Assembly (NCBI RefSeq): GCF_006345805.1
Contig: NC_042999.1
Span: 92,008,001-92,072,000, forward strand
Source: Octopus sinensis
Lineage: Eukaryota
Length of the DNA stretch: 64,000 bases
Direction of reading: 5' to 3'
This document shows, one piece after another, positions 1 to 14,051 of the stretch (positions within the stretch are counted from its first letter, which is position 1; the number at the start of each line of letters is the position of its first letter). The notes under the pieces are model-generated. The model had not been told where the DNA came from, searched no databases, and saw only the letters and a program-made list of their open reading frames with translations. A program made the translations under genes and the position numbers.

Positions 1-410
1 TCTGTACAGTTGACCTAGGTAGGCTCTATAGGCAGGGACCCAGATAGTGAAAGCTAAACGCGTCCGTCCCTGTGCGTCAAGCTTTCAGAGACCGGCTTAG
101 CAAGTTAGTCCATAGAAAGTTAACAGGTATAATCGTCAATAACCTATCGATGGGTGGGGGCCTAAAACGTGCAGTTAGTGTAGAAGCTGTAGAATTTAAC
201 AGAGAACTAGCAATAGAGAAGACTAGAGTAGAAGGAAATCAGGCTATGAAATTAGAAGAGACACTCAGTAGAGACATAGCAACCTCTGGCAGCGAGATTG
301 GTTCTGAACCAATTCTTCAACACCAAGCATGAAGGTTGCATTGTCAGAGCTAGAGTGCATGCTCTAAAACAGGAGGGAACGAGAGCCGTTCGATGGGCCC
401 GAGTGTGAAA
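1..410 (+). mobile_element. Decayed L1/Tx1-clade LINE ORF2 fragment (region just after the APE endonuclease)
   Basis: Translates RQGPR**KLNAS (cf. the GPGYWKLNxSLL motif), then FRDRLS..., and later EGCIVRARVHALKQEG (cf. GAxIRSRxxWxxEGE). Confidence 0.6.
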
Positions 411-499
411 ATATGACTCAAAAAGACTGGTACAAATGAAAAGATAGAACATCTACAAAAATCATCAATACATGGGACTGCAAGAGTGAAAATGTAGCC

Positions 500-850
500 C
501 TTCTCTTCTCTCTGTCAACTCGAATATGTAAACGTACCTTTTGTTCCAACAACACTATTAAACGCACAACAAAAAGTTTGTTCCACATATATCTTCAAAG
601 GGTTTACAAAATGGACCATGCAAAGTTTTCCCTTCAATCTATCTAACTCTCTCCCTTTCAATATCATTCTTGTCCTTTTTTTCCTATTCCTCATTTAAAC
701 ACATGTTCCTTTAATAGTTTCTCTGTGCTGACCTGTAAATATTCTAGTAGGCCTTTTCTTTCCATGAGTACACACACTTCCACAGCAATTGAGCTTCTTC
801 CACCCTAGTCTCTCTTCAAGCACGACCGATTCATATTAGCTTTTCTATGG
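500..850 (-). mobile_element. Highly decayed R4/Dong-type LINE fragment (post-RT region)
   Basis: Minus strand gives ANMNRSCLKRD*GGRSSIAVEVCVLMERKGLLEYL...EGKTLHGPF, matching ADVDRLYLPRxxGGRGL...EKPLHG in the better-preserved copies. Confidence 0.6.
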
Positions 851-884
851 TGGGCTCTATGCATTGTCAACAGCTTTCTAAATG

Positions 885-1245
885 AAAACTCTCAGCTTAT
901 TTTGCTGGGTATAATGGAAATTATCAACTGCCCCCAGCCAGCAGACTAAGGTGATACTTGTTTACTGATCACGCATCAATAAACATGCAGAGAATTCTTG
1001 CAGTCCCAGGTGTTGATGATTTTTGTAGATGTTCTATCTTTTCATGTGTACCAGTCTTTTTGTGCCACATTGGTAGATAGCAATTTCCAAGCGCGCCAAT
1101 CACTATTGATGTCACGTCCACTCTCTTTATTGCCCACATCCTGCATATTTCCGACTTCAATTCATCATAGTTGTTCAGTTTGTATTTCGCTTTTACTTCG
1201 ATCCTCTTGTCATCAGGATATGCTATGCCGATTACCAGGCATGTT
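885..1245 (-). mobile_element. R4/Dong LINE family C, 3' fragment
   Basis: ORF 969-1160 has the RLE C-terminus (VIGALG...LQKSS..GTARIL). The 3' UTR is shared with copies at 8220 and 19890. The 5' junction runs into (TTA)n. Confidence 0.8.
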
Positions 1246-1249
1246 TTAT

Positions 1250-1250
1250 C

Positions 1251-1347
<97 letters not shown>

Positions 1348-1370
1348 CATCATCATCATCACCATCAACA

Positions 1371-1417
<47 letters not shown>
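1250..1417. repeat. (TTA)n/(TCA)n microsatellite
   Basis: Direct reading. Similar tracts separate nearly every element up to 16.25 kb. Confidence 0.98.
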
Positions 1418-1933
1418 GTGTGAGAGAGCAGCATACGACATCAAAATGACAATGGCGTACAAATATACGAAGCCCAATTCCGTATCATGGCTACATATCT
1501 TCTAAGGGTACATCAGGCGCATGCATCACAGCCATGTCTAAGCGGCATGGCAACCTTATATCAAGAAAAAACAGCACTTGAATTTGTAGATGGAGACCAG
1601 TTAAAATTTTCTTCACGTCAATTAGCCCATCTTGCTCAAAAGGTCCCGGAATACGGATTGTTTAAGTATGATGAACGAAGCACCCATGTTTCCAGTGTTG
1701 AATTAATCAAACCCTAAAGAATGCATTTGAACACATAGCTGTGGTGATTCTCCACCGTGACTCCAAGCGCAAATGGCTAAGGTCAAGCAACTGACAAGGA
1801 AATATATAGTATTCAGCAGAGTATTTGTTGTAGCACATCTTTTACACGAAGAAAAATATGTTCTTCATAACACTTCCAATTACTTAAGATCAGCAAACAT
1901 GAGACCAACTGCCTGGTATTATATTACGGCATT
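1418..1933. mobile_element. Non-coding interspersed repeat (about 500 bp as preserved here), copy 1 (diverged)
   Basis: Homologous to 6556-7021 and 11328-11782; flanked by (TTA)n on both sides. Confidence 0.75.
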
Positions 1934-1949
1934 TATTATTATTATTATT

Positions 1950-4900
1950 ATTTTTTTTTTTCTTCTTTCAAATTTTCTTCCATTTCTTGCCGAGTGTCTT
2001 CCCGACTCCTAGGGCAAAGAAACTCATAGTGTATATTGGTAGGCCATTAAACCAAACTCAGTAGTTCGTTCATTTTTTTTTTTTTTAAAGTTAAATTAAA
2101 ATACATGAGCAGCAACAATTCTCACATCGACAATGCTCTTCTCAATACGTGTGATGTACCAGTTAAGACAATCTTTTGCACTTCTTGCAGGGATGGTAAG
2201 CCAGGGATCATTCTCATATAATTTTCGGTCCCCTTCTTGATCATTCCTAGTGCTCCTACGATCACTGGTATTGTAACCGCCTTGAGATGCCACATTTTCT
2301 CAATTTCAATAAGTAGGTCTTTATATTTTCTGAGCTTGTCAAAATCTTTCGCTGAGATATTATGATCACAGGGGATGCTCATGTCGATCAATAAGCAAAC
2401 TTTATTGTTTTGATCTTTCACAACAATATCTGGTTTATTGGCCTTGATGGTTCGGTCTGTATGTACTGGAAAGTCCCACAGAATGGTTACATTTTCTCCT
2501 TCAGTTACAGCCTCAGGGTGGTGATTATACCACTTGTCGGCAGTTTTGATATTGTAATGCCGACTTATTAGCCAGTGGAGATACTGGCCAACTCTGTCAT
2601 GTCTTAATTTATACTCCACTGGTGCTAAGACTTTACATCCAGAGATTAGGTGGTCCACTGTTTCAATCATGTCGTTGCAGAATCGGCATTTTGGGTCTGC
2701 TCCATTTTTCATCACATTGGCCTGGTAGTTCCGGGTTGATAGGCTTGGTCTTGAGCAGCCAGGATGAAACCTTCGCTCTCTGCTTTTAGCCCTGAGCTCC
2801 GCAGCCACTGATGGGTTTGCTTCTGGTCAACATCAGCTTGTTTGCTGCGGGTCACATATTTGCCGTGCAGAGGTTTCTCCTCCCACCTATCAGCCAATTG
2901 CTCGTGCACTTTTTTCATTGCCATCATTTTCACCTTCTTTGCAACAATAGTTGCCGTACTTCCCTCGGGTTGTTCAGTTTGGGTATCCTGCACGAGATCA
3001 ATAGCAAATTTTTTGCTTTCCTTGATGATAGAATGAAGCTTCTTTCGTCTCTCGTGATTTTCCACGAGCTTTAGCATCCAGTCATTCGATATTTCGAGAT
3101 ATTTGGCCAATCCAATTGTGGTTGTTTTGTAAGCTAGTTCAAATTGGATCAGGCCTCGACCTCCTTGGGCTCTGGGAAGGTAAAGGCGATCTACCTCTGC
3201 CTTTGGGTGGTGCATCCTATTACAACTCAGCAGCTTGCGTATTTTTCTATCTATATTCTTTACTTCACTCATATTCCAGTTCAACACATTGTAGCTATAA
3301 GTAACAACTGGAACTGCTAGGGAATTTATAGCTAACACCTTGTTACGTGCATTTAGTTCAGATTTCAGGACTGCACGAACTCTCCTATAACATTCCTTCC
3401 TGATTTTCTCTTTCATGCTTGCATGCTGAATACCAGAGCCTTCATTTATCCCTAAATATTTGTATGTTTGTTCTTGCTCAAGCTCTCTTATGACTGTGTC
3501 AACATCTAACACGACTGAATTTGTGGTCTTCACTTTCCCTTTCTGGAAAGTGGCCTTGGCACACTTCTCAAGTCCAAACTCCATCCCGATGTCATCGCTG
3601 AATGCTTTCACGGTGCGCAATAGGCCTTCAAGTTCATTATTGTCTTTACCATAAAGTTTTAAGTCATCCATATAAAATAGATGGCTTATTTTTTTATTGG
3701 CAATTTTATACCCATACCCTGTTCTGTTTAATTCACTTGTAAGGGGTATTAGGGCTATGCAGAATATTAAAGGTGAAAGTGAGTCACCTTGAAAAATTCC
3801 ACAGTTGATGTTTATATTTCTGAGGCAAGTACTCCATTAGAGTGGTATAATTGGAGATATCGTATTCCACAACGACATATTGTGCTTCAGGAAGTTTGAA
3901 ATCACAGGGGAAATTTTGAAGATGTCCAGCGATCTCAAGATCCATGGATGCGGTAAACTGTCGAAGGCCTTTTTATAGTCAATCCATGCGGTGCTGAGAT
4001 TTCTGCGCTGTTTGTGACAGTTCTCAAGGATCATACGATTGATTAGCAGTTGATCTTTGCATCCGTAAGAGCCTCGGCGGCACCCTTTTTGTTCAATGGG
4101 GAAAAAATCGTTCTTCTCCATGAATGCATGTTTTCTCCGCCAGGATAGATGTTAGGATTTTATACGTGGTGGATAGACAGGTTATAGGCCGATAGTTTTT
4201 TGTAAGGTTGGTTTCGTTATTCTTTGGGAGTAGGTAAGTAATGCCACTTGCTAACCATTCAGGTGTTTTCTTTGGGTCTCTCATAATTCCATTGAGCAGC
4301 TGAACTAGCTTACCGTGTGCGCACGGGAGCGATGCGAGCCAGAAATTCGGCACCCTATTTTACCGGGGGATTTCCAATTATGGGCCTTCGTGAGTGCCTT
4401 TCTTAGGTCTGCTATTGTGATGTCTTCCCATGCTTCTTGTTGTAAATTTTGGTAGGATCCTTCAGTTTGTATAATCCAGTCTGCATTTATGTTGTACGTC
4501 TTCTTGTCACTCCAAATCCTTTTCCAAAAGTTTTGAACTTCTTCCATGGGAGGGGGGTCTTTAACGGTTACTTTCTCCTTCCCTATTTCTCTGTAGAATT
4601 TTTGGCATTGGATGTGAACAGCTTATTTTGCTTGTAAAACTTGTTTCTCTTCTCAAATCTTCGTATTCTTTGGGCTTTTGCTTGGACTTTTTGTTTCAGC
4701 GTTTCTTTTATTGATATCAGTTCTTCTCTTGGTGAGGATCCAAATTTTCTCTTCATCTTTCTTCCTGTTCTGGATCTTACATCATTTCCACATATTAGTT
4801 CATTTAATATTGATATTTCCCCTCTCATAAATTCAATCTCATTTTCAATTTTACTTCTCCAGGTTTGATTTCTTCCCAGGTTTTGTTTTCTTTGTTTTTT

Positions 4901-5806
4901 CGGGGGCATACAGCTGCTTTCAATTGCCCTAGCAGGAGCGTAAATAATTTCATTTAACTCAGTAAAATCAGGTTTTAATTCTCGTATTATTTCATTTGTT
5001 ACATAGTTGCCAATTTGGATTTGTTTTTTATTTTGGTTTGTATTTGAGAGTTTATGAAGCGGTTCTCTATCATTCATACTTGTATGTTTTACAACTTCAA
5101 GCGTATTCAGGATTTTCTGCCTCATTTCTGCCATAGACTCTCTGTGTTCTTCAGCAAATGCGAGATCTTCAGTTACTGTTGTTTTTTCGTTTTCCTGGCT
5201 ATCTTTAACAGGTACAATAGAATTTCTTGTATCTTCAGGCCTTTGCGTACTTTGGTCAGATGGCAGTCTTTCAATTAAGCCTCGTGGCGGGCTATACTGT
5301 TCATCTGATTCTTCATTTCCTTTGTGTCTTATATTTATGTCATTTTTCGTTGCGTGCTTGATCGCGCTTATTTCACTGTCTGTGAGTCTGTTATTTCTAA
5401 AGATATCCCTCCTCACATTTGCTAATTTGTTCTCGTCCAAATAGGGCCTACTGTCTTGATTCCATGTTCCCCATATACTGTAAGAGTTTGCGGTGTGTCT
5501 CTCTTGAGATGACCTACCTAATGCATAGTAATAAGCGTATATTACTTCTTTATACTCTTCTCGGGTCCATTTGTTCCGCTTACATTTTTCTTTCTGTGGT
5601 GGTTGTGGTGGTGAACTTGGAGGGCTCGAGTTGGGGGATTTCCCGTTCAAGTGACCATCCATGTCCGTATTCGGAGAAGAGTTTGTGCCAGTTGATGACT
5701 TTTCGATCCCAGGCTGGCTCTTCCCTGGGGGACGCGCTTCCAGATTAACCATAGGACAAGCGATTTGGTATACTGATTTAGTTTTCCTTTTAGTTTCCAA
5801 AAACAT
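1950..5806 (-). mobile_element. Near full-length R4/Dong-clade non-LTR retrotransposon (family A)
   Basis: Single-ORF layout: Myb-like N-terminus (KWTREEYKEVIYAYY), RT motifs ([38 protein letters not shown]), CCHC knuckle (CRFC..ETVDHLISGC), RLE (RHD, KPDIVV, LIDMSIP, KYKDL), about 170-nt 3' UTR and (TAA)n tail. Confidence 0.95.
2122..5806 (-). pseudogene. Frameshifted RT-RLE polyprotein ORF of the family A element
   Basis: ORF pieces 4583-5806, 4305-4547, 4093-4353, 3837-4121, 2712-3671 and 2122-2808 join into one protein after correcting 1-2 nt indels. Confidence 0.9.
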
Positions 5807-6472
5807 TTTGGTGCTACGATAATGTTATCATTTTTTAGCTTTGATTGGCTCGTGGGGAGACGGCCATCATTGCCGTTACAATTATAATCGTACCATTATA
5901 GCAGCCGTAGTCGGCTTATTATTGTTATTATCATCACCATTACCATCACTATCATCATTATCACCACCATTACCATCATCATTATCATCATCACCATCAC
6001 CATCACCACCATCATCATCAATGATATTGTTTTATGTGTAGTCACAGCAGTATCTTATTATTGTTATTTTTGTTTTTTATCATTATCACCATCACAGTAG
6101 TGTCTGTCTGTCTCGTTGGCTGGCTTGGTAGTTGGCTGGCTGACTGTCTTTTTTTTTTTTTTTTTTTTCCTTTAGGTGCGGTCCTATCGGTCAAAAAAAG
6201 TTCAGATGTTTACTACTATTAGGCTTAAGAAAAATTAAGGAAGGGCTGTTCTGTATTGTTTGTAAATAGAGAAGTTGTGTTCGACCAGAGAGAATCATAG
6301 CATCATCATTTTTTTTTTTTTTCTCCACGTGCGTTTGTGTTATTGCAATAAAAAGTGTTTGTATATTTCCTGTAAGGTAATATTGTGGAGGTTGAAGTTG
6401 ACTTTTCTAGAGATGTTTGTATGTCCAGTTAGAAGAACAGGTGTGTTTTTACAATAAAAAGTATATGTTTAC

Positions 6473-6555
<83 letters not shown>

Positions 6556-6556
<1 letters not shown>

Positions 6557-7021
6557 ACTAGGCACATGCATCACAACGAAATGTGTGTGAGATGGTGATC
6601 TCATATCAAGATAAACAGCACATGATCTTGCAGGTGGGGTCCAGTTAGAATTTTCTTCTGGTCGAGCATCCCATCCCGCTTAAATGATCCCTGAATAAGG
6701 GTTATTTAAGGATGATGAACAAAACACCCATGTTTCCAGAGAGGAATAATTCAAACCCCACAGAATTCCTCTCAACACATGGCTATGATGCTCCCCTAAC
6801 TACTTCTGCTCGTGATCAGAGATGCACATATCGTCAGCTACTAAGGGACATGCTCAACTGGTTATGGTCAAACAACTAACAAGCAAGTGTGTGGTATTGA
6901 GCAGAATATTTGCTGTAGTCCATCTTTTATACCAAGACAAAACAATGTACATGATAACACTTCTGATGAGTTAAGATCAGAAGCCATGAGAGCCACTGCC
7001 TGGTATTGCATCAGGGTATTT
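6556..7021. mobile_element. Non-coding interspersed repeat, copy 2 (left end missing)
   Basis: High similarity to 11400-11782; embedded in (TTA)n. Confidence 0.8.
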
Positions 7022-7023
7022 AA

Positions 7024-7090
<67 letters not shown>

Positions 7091-7094
7091 GTCA

Positions 7095-7965
7095 TTTACT
7101 TTTAGTCTGCATGTTTGATGCAATCACTTGCCGGGGCACACCCAGCGCCCTAGGGCAAGTGAAGGTTAAGAGTTGTCGAAATATAGCTGAAAGCCTGGGG
7201 AGGGGAAGTAGAGAAATATCTCCATGTAATACAACACAAACATTTACATTGATAGGGTTTTTCTAAGGATGTGGGCAGTACTTGTTAGCACAATCTTTTG
7301 GATTTCCTTGAGACATGGTTCTCCAGGGATATTGTCTCGGTGTTTCTGACACCCTTTTTTATCATGCCTAGGGCACCTACAATAACAGGAACAATTTTTG
7401 TTTTAAGATTCCACATCTTTTGTATTTCGATTTCCAGGTCCTTATATTTACTAAATTTGTCAAATTCCTTTAAAGATATCAGTGGGGACGCTTACCTCTA
7501 TTAGTCTGCAGGTATTTTCTTCCCTGTCTTTAACAATTATGTCTGGTCGATTAACCTTGATCGTTCTGTCAGTGTTGACTGGAAAATCCCAGAGGATGGT
7601 GACATTTTTACTTTCAACAAATGGCTGAGGATGATGTTCATACCAGTTAGCAGGAGTGCCGAATTTGTAGTGTTTACATATCTTCCAATGTATATACTGT
7701 CCTACCCTATCGTGGCGATTTTTGTATTCGTTTGGTGTCAGCACAGGACATCCCGAAACGAGGATTATTTCGTCAAATGTATCGCAGAATCTGCATTTAG
7801 GGTCAGTACCGTTTTGGAGAACGCTAGCCTGGCAATTTCTGGTAAACAAGCTTTGATCTTGTGCTGTCAGTATGAAGCCTTCAGTCTCTGCTTTCAATCC
7901 TGAACTCTTCAGCCACTAATGGGCTGTTTCTTGGTCTACATCAGCATTTTGGCTTCGGAGAATAT
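7095..7965 (-). mobile_element. R4/Dong LINE family B, 5'-truncated
   Basis: ORF 7460-7897: LKAETEGFILTAQDQ, CRFC, RHDRVG, RPDIIV. Ends VLTSTAHILRKTLSM*; has its own 3' UTR and a (TAA)n tail. Confidence 0.9.
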
Positions 7966-7969
7966 ATTG

Positions 7970-8014
<45 letters not shown>

Positions 8015-8019
8015 GATCT

Positions 8020-8207
8020 GGAAGAATCGTTATCACGTCACGTCCAATGCTTAGCAGCATTTCGTCCGTCTTCACGTCCTGAGTTCATACAGTACCGTGG
8101 TAGACTTTGTCTTTCATCTTTTCGGGGTCGATAAATTAAGTAGTAGCTGAATATTGGACTTCACCCTTCTCCTAAATTATTGGCTTTGAGCTAAAATTTG
8201 AAACCAT
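8020..8207 (+). mobile_element. tRNA-derived SINE (family with GACTTTGCCTTTCATCCTTTCGGGGTCGATAAA core), decayed
   Basis: Homologous to 8756-8968; (TTA)n tail. Confidence 0.7.
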
Positions 8208-8219
8208 TATTATTATTTC

Positions 8220-8662
8220 ATAAAAACTCTCTGCTTATTTTGCTGGGTATGATGGAAAGTGTCAGCTGCCCACATCCCTGCAGACTAAGGTGATACTTGT
8301 TTACTGTTCATGCTACAAATGATGATTTTTGTAGGTGTTCTATCTTTTGATTTGTACCAATCTTTTCGAGTCATGTTGGTAGTTGAGTACTGATTATTCC
8401 AAGCGCGCAAATCACTATTGGTATCACATCCACTCTCTTCATTGCCCACAATCTGCGTATTTCCCCTTCAATTCATCATAGTTGCTCACATTTTAATTCG
8501 CTTCCTTTTCGATCCTGTTGTCACCGGGATATTCTATGCCGATTAAGTTTTTCCTGTTCATCACAACAAAGCTAAGTTTCCGATGCCTAATCTGATGGTC
8601 ACGCTGAATTATTGCAGCCCACAGGATTATGCAATCCTCATTCTCAATAAGTCCTTTTGGAT
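8220..8662 (-). mobile_element. R4/Dong LINE family C, 3' fragment
   Basis: ENEDCIILW..IQRDHQIRHRK (RLE region); same 3' UTR as 885 and 19890. Confidence 0.8.
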
Positions 8663-8674
8663 TATTATTATTAA

Positions 8675-8732
<58 letters not shown>

Positions 8733-8755
8733 CATCATCATCATCATCATTATTA

Positions 8756-8967
8756 AGGTGGTGAGTTGGCAGAATTGTTAGCACGCCGGGCAAAATGCTT
8801 CGCGGTGTTTCTTCTGTCGCTGAATTCTGAATTCAAATTCTGCCGAGGTCGACTTTGCTTTTCATCCTTTCGGGGTCGGTAAATTAAATACTAATGAGAC
8901 ACTGGGGTCGATGTATTCTAATATCCCCCTCCCAACAAACTTTAGGTCTTGTGTCTATAGTAGAAAG

Positions 8968-8968
<1 letters not shown>
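8756..8968 (+). mobile_element. tRNA-derived SINE (Meta/MESC-like central domain, recalled)
   Basis: A-box-like TGGCAGAATTGTTAG, B-box-like GAATTCAAATTC, conserved core, GAAAGC(ATT)n tail; many copies in the window. Confidence 0.8.
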
Positions 8969-9025
<57 letters not shown>

Positions 9026-9050
9026 TATTATTATTATTATTATTATATTA

Positions 9051-9109
<59 letters not shown>

Positions 9110-9113
<4 letters not shown>

Positions 9114-9603
9114 TAGTTTTATTTTTATAGCGTGCTTTCACTTCACTACCGAGCGGATCTCTGTGCGCTTTGGGTATGTGCTGTGGTTTGCTGTGATGCT
9201 CTTATGGTTACTGTATTGAAAGTGTTTTGCGTAGGATGTGTGAAGTGCCTAGTAGTGCAATTTTCTGTATGTTATATATATATTTGTAAGTCCTGGTGTT
9301 TTTGTTATGTAATTCTGAACATTTTTTTTCATACCTAATGTGCCTACTATGATAGGAATTGTTTCTGTTTTTAGATTCCATATACGAGTTACCTCTATTT
9401 CCAGGTCTTTGTATTTTGAAAGTTTCTCCATTTCTTTTAGAGACACGTTGTCATCTGCTGGTATTGATACATCAATTAGAAAGCATTTTTTTTCTTCCTG
9501 ATCTCTCACAACTATATCTTCTAATGGGGATGGCTTTGGTTTTCACGAGTCCCTCTTTTGTTTGGAGCACTGTCTGCCATTTATTTATAGTGTGTCTTAT
9601 ATA

Positions 9604-9608
<5 letters not shown>
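9110..9608 (-). mobile_element. R4/Dong LINE family D, internally deleted fragment (copy 1)
   Basis: KKCFLIDVSIPADDNVSLKE...IVGTLG; RT segment KTKAIPIRR is fused directly to DIVV. Confidence 0.85.
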
Positions 9609-9662
<54 letters not shown>

Positions 9663-9667
9663 TATTA

Positions 9668-9700
<33 letters not shown>

Positions 9701-9724
9701 CATCATCATCATCATCATTATTAA

Positions 9725-10609
<885 letters not shown>

Positions 10610-10611
10610 CA

Positions 10612-11325
10612 TTGCTATATGTTTGACTTCTGCCTTGTATTTGTACTAGTTGACTCGAAGTCTCACCCAGAGACCTCAAGTTAGATGTTCAAGTTGGTGT
10701 TATGCCTAGGGTGTCATATATTTGGTTTTATATATAGTATTGTTCTAGAGAATGTTTAAGAAAACATGACAAAGTTATAAGTTTGTTTTAAACTATGGCA
10801 TTACATAGACAATTTATTATGAAGGATATGGGAAGTTCCCATGAGTACTATCTTTTGAAAATCTGACATTTTTGGGTTTGATTTCAGGCCTAGGTAGGAA
10901 TCAACCCCCTTTTCTATCATTCCTAGGGCACCTATGACAACTGGTATTGTTTTAGTCTTGAGATTCAACATTTTGCCAGTTTCTATTTCAAGCTCTTTAT
11001 ATTTACTCAGTTTTTGGTAGGTTTTAACAGATACAGTTATGTCCATTGGGACAGTCATGTCAATGAGGAAGCATGATTTTTGTTTGAAGTCTTTCAATAT
11101 AATGTCTGACATATTCGCATCTATCTTTCTGTTAGTTTGAACGGTGAAGTTCCAGAGGAGAGGAGTGAGATGTGATCAATTTCAAGCACTGGAGGTGGTT
11201 TGTGTTACCACAAGTTTTTTTCATGGGGAAGGTCCAGGTTTTTTGCAAATTACCCAGTGAATATATTGTGCTGCTATATCATACCTGTTAAGATACTCTG
11301 AAGACGCAAGAAGACAGTATGATCA
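10612..11325 (-). mobile_element. R4/Dong LINE family E, 3' fragment
   Basis: ORF 10801-11112: SDIILKD..CFLIDMTVP..KYKEL..VIGALG..GTSHIL; distinct 3' UTR. Confidence 0.85.
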
Positions 11326-11327
11326 AT

Positions 11328-11782
11328 ATGCCATCAAAATGACACTGGGGTAAATTATACAATGCCCAGTTTACTCATCCTGACTACCCGTCTGATATTT
11401 GTACACAAGGCACATGCATCACACCCATTTGCGCGATACAGTGATATCATATCAAGATAAATAGCGCATGACCTTGCAGGAAGGCGCAGTTAGAATTTTC
11501 GTCAGATCGAGTAGCCCAACCTGATCAAAAGATCCCTGAATAAAGCTATGATGCTCCCCCACTATTTCTGCTCGTGATCAGGGATGCACATATCGTCATC
11601 CACGAAGGGACATGCTCAACTGGTTATGGTAAAACAACTGACAAGCAAATCTGTGGTATTGAGCAGAATATTTGTGGTAGCCCATCTTTTATACCAAGAC
11701 AAAACAATGTACATGATAACATTTCGAATCAGTTAAGACCAGAAGTCATGAGAGCCACTGTCTGGTACTGCATCAGGGCATT
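11328..11782. mobile_element. Non-coding interspersed repeat, copy 3 (internal deletion)
   Basis: Homologous to 1418-1933 and 6556-7021; followed by a compound microsatellite. Confidence 0.8.
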
Positions 11783-11783
11783 T

Positions 11784-11814
<31 letters not shown>

Positions 11815-12078
11815 CCATCACCACCACCATCACCACCACCACCATCCTCCTCCTCCTCCTCCTCCTCCTCCTCATCATCATCATCATCATTATTATTATT
11901 GTTATTATTGTTGTTATTATTGTTGTTATTATTGTTATTATTGTTGTTGTTGTTGTTGTTGTTATTATTATTATTATTATCATTATCATCATCATCCTCA
12001 TTATTTTTTTCCTTCATTCTTCAAATGAGTGTTTTATTATTACTATTATTATTATTGTTGTTGTTATTGTTGTTGTTG

Positions 12079-12114
<36 letters not shown>

Positions 12115-12128
12115 TATTATTATTATTA
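11783..12128. repeat. Compound (TCA)/(CCA)/(CCT)/(TTA)/(TTG) microsatellite
   Basis: Direct reading. Confidence 0.95.
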
Positions 12129-13969
12129 TGTTTTTTCCTTCTTTCTTCAAATTTTGTTCCGTTTCTCGCCGAGTGTTTCCATACACCTAGGGCAGAAAAG
12201 AGCATTGTATGCATTCCCAGATTACACGCGCAAATTCACAGATTAAATATGTAACTAAAAATTAATAAATAAATAAATTCATGGATCGATGTTATTTTCA
12301 CAGCGAGTGTTCTTCTCAGTACATGAGCCGTTCCACCTAATACGATTTTTTGCACTTCCTGTAAGGATGGTAAGCTTGGAATCATTTTCAAATAGGGTTC
12401 AGTGCCATTTTTTTATCATTCCTAGAGATCCTACAATCACTGGTACTGTAGTCGCCTTGAGATACCACATTTTTTCAATTTCCATTAGCAGGTCTTTATA
12501 TTTACTAATCTTGTCAAATTCTTTCGCCGCTATATTATGATCACATGGAATAAACACATCCTTTTTGTCTGATCTTTTATAATGATATCCGGTATATTGG
12601 CTTTATAGTCCTGTCGGTCTGCACGGGGAAGTCCCATAGAATCGACACATTTTCTCCCTCAGTCACAGCTTCAGGATGATGTTTATACCATTTGTCAGCG
12701 GTTTTGATTTTATAATGCCGACATATTGTCCAGTGTAAATACTGGCCGACTCTGTCATGTCTTGCTTTATATTCTGCCGGTGCTAAGACTCTACACCCTG
12801 AGATTAGGTGGTCTATTGTTTCAATCTCATCGTTACAGAATCGGCATTTTGAGTCAGCTCCATTTTTCCTCACATTGGCTTGGTTGTTCCGGGTAAATAA
12901 ACTTTGGTCTTGAGCAGCTAATATGAAACATTCACTCTCTGCTTTTAGCCCTGAACTTCGTAACCATTGGTGCGTGTGTTTCTGGTCGACATCAGCTTGT
13001 CGGGCCACATACTTGCCATGGAGAGGTTTCTGTTCCCATCTGCTAGCTAAATTTTCATGTGCTTTTGTCTTCGCAATTAATTTTATTTTCTTTGCAGCTG
13101 CAGTTGGCGCATTTCCTTCAGCCTGCTCAATCTGGTGGGTATCTAAGAGATCAGCAGCGAATTTTTTGCTCTCTTTGAGAATAGAGTGAAGTTTTTTAGG
13201 TCTTTCATGTTTTTCAACATGTTTTAGCATCCAATCGTTGGTTGCTTCAAGGTATTTGGCCAATCCGATTGTGGTGGTTTTGTATGTAAGTTCAAGCTGG
13301 ATCAAACCTCGACCTCTCTGAGCTCTGGGAAGGTAAAGGCGATCCACGTCTGCCTTTGGATGGTGCATCTTATTACAAGTCAGTAGCTTGCGGATTTTCC
13401 TGTCAATTTTCATTATTTCAGTAGTATTCCAGTTAAGCACATTGAAGCTATAAAGAACAACTGGTACTGCTAAGGAATTTATGGCTAAAACCTTATTATA
13501 TGCATTCAGCTCAGACTTCAGGACTGCTCGAACTCTTCTATAACATTCTTTCCTAACCTTCTCTTTCATGCTTGCATGCTGGATACCAGAGCCTTCATTC
13601 ATTCCTAGGTATTTATAGGTTTGTTCCTGCTCGAGTTCCTTTATTACTATTTCGACATCTAATTCGATTGAACTAGACTTTACCAATTTCCCTTTCTTAA
13701 AAGTGGCTTTGGCACACTTTTCAAGGCCAAACTCCATCGCGATATCATCACTGAATCCTTTCACAGTATGTAATAATCCTTCAAGCATTTCATCATCCTT
13801 GCCATATAGCTTTAAGTCATCCATATAAAATAAATGGCTTATTTTCTTGTTGTCAATTTTGTAGCCATATCCTGTTCTATTCAGTTCACTTGAGAGTGGT
13901 ATTAGTGCTATGCAGAATTATCCTGTTCTATTCAGTTCACTTGAGAGTGGTATTAGTGCTATGCAGAAT
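12128..13969 (-). mobile_element. R4/Dong LINE family A' (sister of A), 5'-truncated within RT
   Basis: 415-aa ORF 12577-13824 from YMDDLKL through the CCHC knuckle to RLE; related but distinct 3' UTR. Confidence 0.93.
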
Positions 13970-13993
13970 TTATTATTATTATTATTATTATTA

Positions 13994-14031
<38 letters not shown>

Positions 14032-14051
14032 TATTATTATTATTTTTATTA

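Noticed and set aside
2811-5748. Plus-strand ORFs overlapping the Dong element
   Set aside because: Antisense shadows of the LINE ORF with no recognisable motifs.
6190-6475. Possible further Dong 3' end (NITLQEI)
   Set aside because: Similarity too weak to call by eye.
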